Part shown: piece after piece, positions 12,234 through 18,459 of the stretch | Layout: the number at the start of each line of letters is the position of its first letter | Numbering within the stretch: position 1 is the first letter of the stretch | DNA from: Acidobacteriota bacterium | GTDB lineage: Bacteria > Acidobacteriota > Terriglobia > Acidiferrales > 2-02-FULL-67-57 | Assembly (NCBI GenBank): GCA_016210855.1 | Contig: JACQTJ010000098.1 | Coordinates: 1-57,283, forward strand | Reading direction: 5' to 3' | Length of the DNA: 57,283 bases | Program-made: the position numbers and the translations under genes | The notes under the pieces: model-generated | What the model saw: only the letters and a program-made list of their open reading frames with translations | What the model was told of the DNA's origin: nothing | Database searches by the model: none

Positions 12234-13907
12234 CTATTGCTTCTCGTACACGATCTTGCCACCCACCATCGTGAGCAGCACTTCGGTGCGCAGGATTTCG
12301 CTGCCTGGCATCTCGGTAATGTCCTGCGTGAGCACCACCAGGTCGGCGAACTTGCCCGGGGCCAGCGTGCCCTTGCGGTGGTCTTCGAATTCCGCGTAGG
12401 CGGAGCCCCAGGTGTAAGCGCGGATGGCGTCGGCAATGCTGACTTTTTCCTCCGGGAGCCAGCCGCCCAGCGGCCCGCCCTCCTCGAACTCGCGGCTGAC
12501 GCTGGCATACAGCCCGCGCAGCGGGTTCAGGGGCTCGACCGGGAAATCGGTCCCGAAGGCCAGCAGGCCGCCGGCCTTCGCCACCGAGTTCCAGGGGTAG
12601 CCCTCGTATTCGCGCTCCGCACCCAGGATTTTGGGGGCCCAGCGCATGTCGCTCAGCAGGTGGGAAGGTTGCATAGAGGCGACCACCCCGAGCTGCTTGA
12701 AGCGAGGAACTTCGTCGCGGTCGAGGAATTGGGCGTGCTCGATCTTGTGGCGGGGGTTGCGGCGGTTGTTGGTCTTCTGCGCTGCCGCGAAAGCGTCGAG
12801 GGCCACCCGGTTGGCCCGGTCGCCGATGGCGTGCAAGGCGATTTGAAAGCCGGCGGCGTCCCGCTCCAGCACCATCTTCTTCAGCCGCTTAAGTTCGATG
12901 AGCAGCAGCCCGCGGTTGTTCGGATCGTCCGCAAAGGGCTCAAGCATGGCCGCGGAGCGCGAGCCGCCGCTGCCATCGGTGACCCCCTTGAGGGCGCCTG
13001 TCTTGAGCCAGGGGTCGGTGGTGCCGCCCTCCTGCCGCTTTCTCTCTAACTCCTCGAGCGGCTCGAGGAAAGGCAGCCACTCCGTCACCCGCAGGGTCAG
13101 CTTGCCTTCTTCTTTCAACTCCTTCAGAGCCAGGAAGTCTTCCCAGGAAGAGTTGTCCTGCACGGAGGTGATTCCGTACCGCGCCGCTTCCGCCAGGACT
13201 CGCTCGAGAGCCTGCTTGCGCTCCTCGCGCGTGGGTGTGGGGATGAGTCGCTCCACCAGGTCAATGGCGTTGTCTTTCAGCCAGCCCGTGGGCTCGCCGC
13301 TCCCGTCTTTGACGATGTCTCCGCCCCAGGGAGGCACCGTGTCCCGGGCAATGCCCGCCTTGGCCAAGGCGAGTGAGTTCACCACCACCGAGTGGCCATC
13401 CACGCGGCTGAACAGCATCGGATGCTGGGTTGAGAGCGCGTCCAAATCAGCGCGCGTGGGCACGCGATTCTCTTTCCAGAGAGATTCATCCCACCCGGCT
13501 CCCGTGATCCATTCCTCCGCCGGACGCTGCTCGACCCGGGCCCGAATCCGCTCTTGGAACTCGCTCCGGGAGCGCGTCCCCACCAGGTTCACACGGGAGA
13601 AACCCAGCAGGCCGAGGCTGCCGGACCCGAAGTGGGTGTGGGCGTCGTTGAAACCGGGCATCACAAACCTGCCTTTGAGGTTGATGATCTTCGTCTGCGG
13701 CCCCACCCAGTGCTGGATCTCGTCATTGGTGCCCGCGGCCACGATCTTCCCCTGGGCAATGGCCAGGGCCTCGACCCGGCCCAGACGCGGATCCACCGTG
13801 TAGATGTTTCCGTTCTTGAGGACCAGGTCCACGCCGGCCGTTTGGCCGCCCAGCGACACCGCCCCCGCAAGGCACACAACCGCCAGCCAGAAGAGTCGCT
13901 GCTTCAT
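12234..13907 (-). CDS. amidohydrolase-3 family metallohydrolase (YtcJ-like), secreted
   Basis: FNDAHTH metal motif, HAIGD and later His/Asp motifs. Start set at MKQRLFWLAVV (signal peptide) with SD GGTGGAGGA. ATGA overlap with the upstream M20 gene. Confidence 0.85.
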   Translation of the reverse strand: MKQRLFWLAVVCLAGAVSLGGQTAGVDLVLKNGNIYTVDPRLGRVEALAIAQGKIVAAGTNDEIQHWVGPQTKIINLKGRFVMPGFNDAHTHFGSGSLGLLGFSRVNLVGTRSRSEFQERIRARVEQRPAEEWITGAGWDESLWKENRVPTRADLDALSTQHPMLFSRVDGHSVVVNSLALAKAGIARDTVPPWGGDIVKDGSGEPTGWLKDNAIDLVERLIPTPTREERKQALERVLAEAARYGITSVQDNSSWEDFLALKELKEEGKLTLRVTEWLPFLEPLEELERKRQEGGTTDPWLKTGALKGVTDGSGGSRSAAMLEPFADDPNNRGLLLIELKRLKKMVLERDAAGFQIALHAIGDRANRVALDAFAAAQKTNNRRNPRHKIEHAQFLDRDEVPRFKQLGVVASMQPSHLLSDMRWAPKILGAEREYEGYPWNSVAKAGGLLAFGTDFPVEPLNPLRGLYASVSREFEEGGPLGGWLPEEKVSIADAIRAYTWGSAYAEFEDHRKGTLAPGKFADLVVLTQDITEMPGSEILRTEVLLTMVGGKIVYEKQ

Positions 13908-15166
13908 TCCTCCACCCCCGCGAGCACGACCAGCACCAGGAGAATCCGCTTCAAGCCCACCTCGCGCCCCGCCGGGTCGTACCACTCTCGCAGCGAATGC
14001 GAGGCCCCGCTGCGGCCGCCGCCGCCCACAGCCACGGCTTCGATGCCGAGCGAGATGGGGACATTGGCGTCGGTCGAGGAGCGCTGGATGCTGGTCTTGA
14101 TCCCCAGGTGGTTGTCCACGGCACGGAAAACCTCGATGATGCGGGCCGTGGGCGGCAACTCGCCCCCGGGCCGCTGGCCGATCACCTTGACCTCCGCTTC
14201 CAGGGGCCCGCCGGGGGTGCGGGCCCAGGTGTTTTCCTCCGCCACCGCTTCGGCTACCGCCGTCCGCAGGGCGGATTCGAGCCGCTCGATTTCCGATTCC
14301 ATCTCCGAGCGGATGTCGACCTTGAGCGAAGCCTGGTAGGGGATGGCGTTGACCGCCGTGCCGCCCTCGATCTGGCCGATGTTGAGGGCTGTGCGCGGCT
14401 GGGTGGGAATCGGAGCCGCGGTCATTCGGGTGATCGCCCGGGCCAGAGCCTGGATCGGATTGGGCAGGCCGAAGTCAGCCCAGCTGTGTCCGCCGGGGCC
14501 GCGGATGATGATTTCGAAGCGCTTGCTGCTCAGCGCCTTGGCGGTCAGCCGTTCGGCGTTTGAGCCGTCCACGGCGATGGCGGCGCGTACCCGGCGCCGC
14601 AGGGCTCCGTCCGAGAACAGCGCCTGCATCCCCCGCAGGTTCCCTTCCCCTTCTTCGCCGACGTTGGCGACAAAAAGCAGCGTTGCTTCCGTGTGCAAAC
14701 GGCTCTCCTCCAGGGCTCGCGCCAGCGCCAGCAGCGCCGCCAGCCCGGCCCCGTTGTCGGCGATCCCCGGCCCCACCCAGCGGTCGCCCTCCTTGCGGAC
14801 TTCAATCTCGGTCTGGGGCGGGAACACCGTGTCGATGTGGGCCGAGACCAGAACCAGGTGGTCCGGGTCGAGCCCAGGCCGCTCCCCGAGCACGTTGCCG
14901 ATGCCGTCCCGGCGGACCTGCTCCAGCCCCACGGCCCGGAACTGCTCTTCCAGGTAGCGGGCGCGCTCCTCTTCGTGGAAAGGAGGAGCGGGAATGGAGG
15001 TGAGCCGGATTTGCTGCTGGAGGATCCATTCGCTTTCGCGGACGAAAAACTCCGTCGCCCGCTGCACCGCGGGCAGCTTCTCCACCGCTTCCACGCTCAA
15101 TTCGGCTGCGGGCAACTGCGCGCTCATAGAAACCAACAGGCTGAAAACGACTCCGCTAAACCCCAT
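13904..15166 (-). CDS. M20-family metallopeptidase/deacylase
   Basis: SAHIDTV, GIADNGAG and NVGEEGEGNLRG motifs typical of the M20/PepT/ArgE clan. N-terminal signal-like segment. Confidence 0.85.
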   Translation of the reverse strand: MGFSGVVFSLLVSMSAQLPAAELSVEAVEKLPAVQRATEFFVRESEWILQQQIRLTSIPAPPFHEEERARYLEEQFRAVGLEQVRRDGIGNVLGERPGLDPDHLVLVSAHIDTVFPPQTEIEVRKEGDRWVGPGIADNGAGLAALLALARALEESRLHTEATLLFVANVGEEGEGNLRGMQALFSDGALRRRVRAAIAVDGSNAERLTAKALSSKRFEIIIRGPGGHSWADFGLPNPIQALARAITRMTAAPIPTQPRTALNIGQIEGGTAVNAIPYQASLKVDIRSEMESEIERLESALRTAVAEAVAEENTWARTPGGPLEAEVKVIGQRPGGELPPTARIIEVFRAVDNHLGIKTSIQRSSTDANVPISLGIEAVAVGGGGRSGASHSLREWYDPAGREVGLKRILLVLVVLAGVEE

Positions 15167-15217
15167 CTCGTGCGCTCCCCGTTCTCCCCGGGGTGGCGGG
15201 CCTCGCCGGAAAAACTC

Positions 15218-16462
15218 CTAGCGCGACCCGGTGCGGGCCGCGGTGCCACACAGAGCCAGGATTTCGTCTTCGGTGAGCAGGCGGTCCGACTGCTTGGCCG
15301 CCCGGAGAATCCGCTCCACCACTTCTTCAGTCGGGCTGACGCCCCGCTTTTCCAGCCAGTAGATGACGTTCGACTTCCCGCTCATGGGGCCGATTTCGAT
15401 GATCTGGTCCAGCCCGAAATAGTGGGAGGGCACGCCGGAATAGACCGTGTTCGCCAGCTTGGCGTCGTTCTTCTTGTAGGCCTTGATGACCGCGGCGGCA
15501 TGCACCCCGGTGGCGGTGCGGAACGCATCACTCCCCAGGACCGGGTAGTTGTGCGGGATGGTGACGCCGGTGGCCTGCGCGACCTTCACACAGTAGTCGC
15601 GCAGCCGGCTCAGGTCGCGGTCAATCACCCCGGCCAGCTTCAAGTTGACGAGCATCAGGTCCATCGGGGTATTGCCTACCCGTTCGCCCAGGGCCAGCGC
15701 GCAGCCGTGCACCTGGTCGGCCCCGGCTTCGTAGGCGGCCAGGCTGTTCGCCACCGCCAGGTCGCGGTCGCGGTGGCCGTGCCAGTCGACGCGGATTCTC
15801 TGCCGGCTGGGCTTGACCACCTCTTCGAGGACGAACCGCACTAGCCTCCGCACTCCGCCAGGGTTGGCGTGCCCGACCGTATCGCACAGCACCACGGCCT
15901 CGGCGCCGCAGCCGATGGCCGTGGTGTAAAGCTTCTTCACCGTCTCCGGGTCGCAGCGGATGGTGTCCTCGGTCACGTACATTACCGGCAGGCCCAGGCT
16001 GCGCGCGTAGGTGACCGCCTTCTCGGTGGTGCGCAGCAGGAAGTCCACGCTCCAGTCCTCGGCATAGCGCCGGATGGGGCTCGAGCCCAGGAAAGTCGCG
16101 GCCTCGATGGCAAGGCCCACTTTCTGGCAGACTTCCCCCAAGGGGCGGATGTCGTCCTCGTGGGTGCGGACGGCGCAGTTCGGGCGGATCCTGAGGCGGG
16201 ACTGCACGATCTCCCGCGCCAGCCGCTCGATATCGGCCCGGGCCCGCGGCCCGGCCCCGGGCAGGCCGAGGTTGACCGAATCGATGCCCAGCTCCTCCAT
16301 CAGGTGGAGGATTTCAATCTTGTCTTCGATCGAGGGGTCCTTGACCGAGGGCGACTGCAGGCCGTCGCGCAGGGTTTCGTCGTCGAGTAGGTACGCCCGA
16401 CCCCGGGGCAGCTCTGGCCCGCCTTGCAGGTTCCAATCGTAGATCAGGTCGTCGTAGTTCAT
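15218..16462 (-). CDS. LeuA/HMGL-like (DRE-TIM) synthase/aldolase, no C-terminal regulatory domain
   Basis: LDDETLRDGLQSP motif, plus HGHRDRDLAVANSLAA and TGVHAAA motifs. 414 aa. Confidence 0.75.
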   Translation of the reverse strand: MNYDDLIYDWNLQGGPELPRGRAYLLDDETLRDGLQSPSVKDPSIEDKIEILHLMEELGIDSVNLGLPGAGPRARADIERLAREIVQSRLRIRPNCAVRTHEDDIRPLGEVCQKVGLAIEAATFLGSSPIRRYAEDWSVDFLLRTTEKAVTYARSLGLPVMYVTEDTIRCDPETVKKLYTTAIGCGAEAVVLCDTVGHANPGGVRRLVRFVLEEVVKPSRQRIRVDWHGHRDRDLAVANSLAAYEAGADQVHGCALALGERVGNTPMDLMLVNLKLAGVIDRDLSRLRDYCVKVAQATGVTIPHNYPVLGSDAFRTATGVHAAAVIKAYKKNDAKLANTVYSGVPSHYFGLDQIIEIGPMSGKSNVIYWLEKRGVSPTEEVVERILRAAKQSDRLLTEDEILALCGTAARTGSR

Positions 16463-16474
16463 CGTGCCCGCCCC

Positions 16475-16756
16475 CTAGTAGCGCAGCACGTAGGAGCGTG
16501 GCAGTTCGTTCGGGTCCGGCCGGTAGAGGGTCTTGCAGTGTTCGCAGCGATAGATCTCGGCCTTCGGGCCCACGAGCTTTTCTACTTCTTTCGGGTAGTC
16601 GTAGTAGCGCTTCAAATGTCCGGCACAAACCTTGCCCTTTGCATCCTTCTCGTCACAGGCGCGCTGGCGGGGCTTGCGGGTCTTGATCTTGATTTCCGGC
16701 GCGGGCGAAGGAGCCCCGGCGGGGGTGCTCGGGGCAGGCGTGGCAGCTTCAGCCAT
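16475..16756 (-). CDS. small Lys-rich zinc-ribbon-like protein
   Basis: ATG at 16756 with an AAGGAG SD (the track start at 16795 is a GTG). Cys pairs RACDEKDAKGKVCAGH and RCEHCKT. Confidence 0.5.
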   Translation of the reverse strand: MAEAATPAPSTPAGAPSPAPEIKIKTRKPRQRACDEKDAKGKVCAGHLKRYYDYPKEVEKLVGPKAEIYRCEHCKTLYRPDPNELPRSYVLRY

Positions 16757-16797
16757 CCAGGTCAGCTCCTTGGTGCCGTCATTCAACCCAGCCACGA

Positions 16798-17586
16798 TTA
16801 TACTGAATCCGCCCGGCTTTGGGCAGGCGGGAGTTCGTCGGGATAGTCGACCGAAACCAGGTAGAGCCCCTCGGGCGGGGCGGTGGGCCCGGCCTGGGAG
16901 CGGTCGCGGGCTTCCAGAATGCGTCCAATGTCTTCGGGCTGGAACCTTCCCTTCCCCACGTCCAGCAGCGTCCCCACCATCTTGCGCACCATGTGACGGA
17001 GAAACGAACGCCCCCGCACCGTGTAAACGAGCTCCTGTTTCTCCAAGCCCCGCTCCAGGCGTGAGGAAAAAACCGTCCGGGTCTTGCTCTTCTCTTCCTC
17101 TTCCGGATCCCAGGAGCCGAACGAGCTGAAGTCGTGCTCGCCTTCGAAGAGCGGGGCCGCTCGCGCCATGGCGTCCTCATCGAGCGGAAACGGGTAGTGG
17201 TAAACCTGCCGCCACTCGAAGGGTGGGCAAATGGTTGCGCGCAGGATGCGGTAGCGGTAGGTTTTGGCCGCGGCGTGCCAGCGGGCGTGGAAGTCAACCG
17301 GCACCTCGTCCACCGCCAGCACCCGGATGGTTGCCGGCAGCAGGCTGTTCAGCGCCCGCTGCAGGTTGTCCGCCGGAATCTGGGTGCGGGTCTTGAAGTG
17401 GGCCACCTGGCCGAGGGCGTGCACGCCGGCATCGGTGCGGGCGGCGCCGTAGAGCCAGGTCTTCTCCTGGGTAATCTTGCGGAGCGTGTCCGCGACCGTA
17501 CCCTGCACGGTGGGACGGTCGGGCTGGATCTGCCAGCCGTAGAACTCGCTGCCGTCGTAGGCAAGCGTTAGCTTCAGGTTGCGCAC
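16798..17586 (-). CDS. truA: tRNA pseudouridine(38-40) synthase
   Basis: RNLKLTLAYDGSEFYGWQ and AARTDAGVHA (catalytic Asp) motifs. Start placed at the GTG at 17586. The track's TTG at 17631 would add PPLPPLPPLL, which is encoded by a repeat tract. Confidence 0.85.
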   Translation of the reverse strand: MRNLKLTLAYDGSEFYGWQIQPDRPTVQGTVADTLRKITQEKTWLYGAARTDAGVHALGQVAHFKTRTQIPADNLQRALNSLLPATIRVLAVDEVPVDFHARWHAAAKTYRYRILRATICPPFEWRQVYHYPFPLDEDAMARAAPLFEGEHDFSSFGSWDPEEEEKSKTRTVFSSRLERGLEKQELVYTVRGRSFLRHMVRKMVGTLLDVGKGRFQPEDIGRILEARDRSQAGPTAPPEGLYLVSVDYPDELPPAQSRADSV

Positions 17587-17597
17587 GAAAGGATTAT

Positions 17598-17688
17598 GAA
17601 GCAGAGGAGGCAGGGGAGGCAAAGGAGGCAAGAAGGAGGACGCAAGGAAGCAAGGAAGCAGGGAGGCAAGGAAAAGGCCGACCGCGGG
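17598..17688. repeat. 91-nt T-free purine-rich tract of degenerate GGAGGCAAG/GGAAGCAAG units
   Basis: No T on the plus strand from 17598 to 17688. A partial inverted complement, CTCTGCCTCTGTGCCTCCTTGCCTC, lies at 17704..17728 next to the pyrE stop. Confidence 0.8.
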
Positions 17689-17727
17689 TGTGCTTTTCTA
17701 GTTCTCTGCCTCTGTGCCTCCTTGCCT

Positions 17728-18303
17728 CTAGGCTTCTGGCCTACTGCCGGGCTTCTCGACCGGCTGGCCGGCGCGGCAAAGCGGGCAGTCGGCGGCCGCG
17801 AAGGTCTCGAGCTTCTGGGCGAGCAGGGTGCGCAGGGGGACATCGAGCTTGAGTACGCCGCCGCTGCGGTCGAGCACAGCGGCCACGCCGACAACGGTCC
17901 CGCCGGCCCGGCGGATCACGGCCAGGGTTTCGCTGGTCGAGCCGCCCGTGGTGAGCACGTCTTCGGCGACCAGAACCCGCTCGCCGGACTTCAGGGGAAA
18001 CCGGCGCAGGGCCATCCTTCCTTTGGAGTCGCGCTCGACGAACACCGCCCGGGCCCCGAGCTGCCGGGCCAACTCGTAGCCCAGCACGATGCCTCCGAGC
18101 GCCGGCGCCGCCACCACATCCACCGGCGTCTCGGCGAACAACTGCGCCAGGGCGTCCGCCAGGCGCGACGTCTGCACCGGATGCTGAAACAGCAGCGCGC
18201 ACTGCACATAGATGGGGCTGTGCAGGCCGGAGGAGAGCTGGAAGTGGCCGCGGCGGATGGCGCCGGTACTCTCGAGCAGCTTTTCGACTTCGGCCGGTGT
18301 CAC
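17728..18303 (-). CDS. pyrE: orotate phosphoribosyltransferase
   Basis: PRPP-binding motif VLVAEDVLTTGGS. Start set at the GTG at 18303 (VTPAEVEKLLE), because the track's N-terminal extension contains a consensus promoter and a repeat element. Confidence 0.88.
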   Translation of the reverse strand: MTPAEVEKLLESTGAIRRGHFQLSSGLHSPIYVQCALLFQHPVQTSRLADALAQLFAETPVDVVAAPALGGIVLGYELARQLGARAVFVERDSKGRMALRRFPLKSGERVLVAEDVLTTGGSTSETLAVIRRAGGTVVGVAAVLDRSGGVLKLDVPLRTLLAQKLETFAAADCPLCRAGQPVEKPGSRPEA

Positions 18304-18323
18304 GGTTCCCCTGGTGTGAGGGC

Positions 18324-18353
18324 AGCCTAGCGGCGCGCTTCCACGCTTGTCAA
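18324..18353 (-). promoter_or_regulatory. sigma70-type promoter of pyrE
   Basis: Minus strand has TTGACA (18353..18348), an 18-nt spacer, then TAGGCT (18329..18324). This is about 20 nt upstream of the GTG start. Confidence 0.55.
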
Positions 18354-18366
18354 GCAAAGAGCGTCT

Positions 18367-18459
18367 GTCATTCTGAGCCCGCAGGGCGAAGAATCTCAAT
18401 CTGAAGTATTAGGCACCGTTTGAGATCCTTCGCCCCGAAGCTTCGGGGCTCAGGATGAC
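18367..18459. repeat. compound palindromic (REP-like) element: two inverted copies of GTCATYCTGAGCCC-hairpin-GGGCGAAGRATCTC
   Basis: Left unit 18367..18397 on the plus strand. Right unit 18459..18422 on the minus strand (GTCATCCTGAGCCCCGAAGCTTCGGGGCGAAGGATCTC). Each unit has its own GCCC/GGGC hairpin, and a 24-nt spacer separates them. Confidence 0.8.

Noticed and set aside
11490-13049. 519-aa plus-strand ORF
   Set aside because: It is antisense to the EamA transporter and amidohydrolase genes.
17587-17631. PPLPPLPPLL N-terminus of TruA from a TTG start
   Set aside because: It is encoded by the T-free repeat tract. TruA homology starts at RNLKLTLAYDG, directly after an in-frame GTG. It is retained only as an alternative.
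18304-18399. 32-codon N-terminal extension of pyrE from a TTG start
   Set aside because: The extension would translate the palindromic repeat and a TTGACA-18-TAGGCT promoter. PyrE homology begins after the GTG at 18303.
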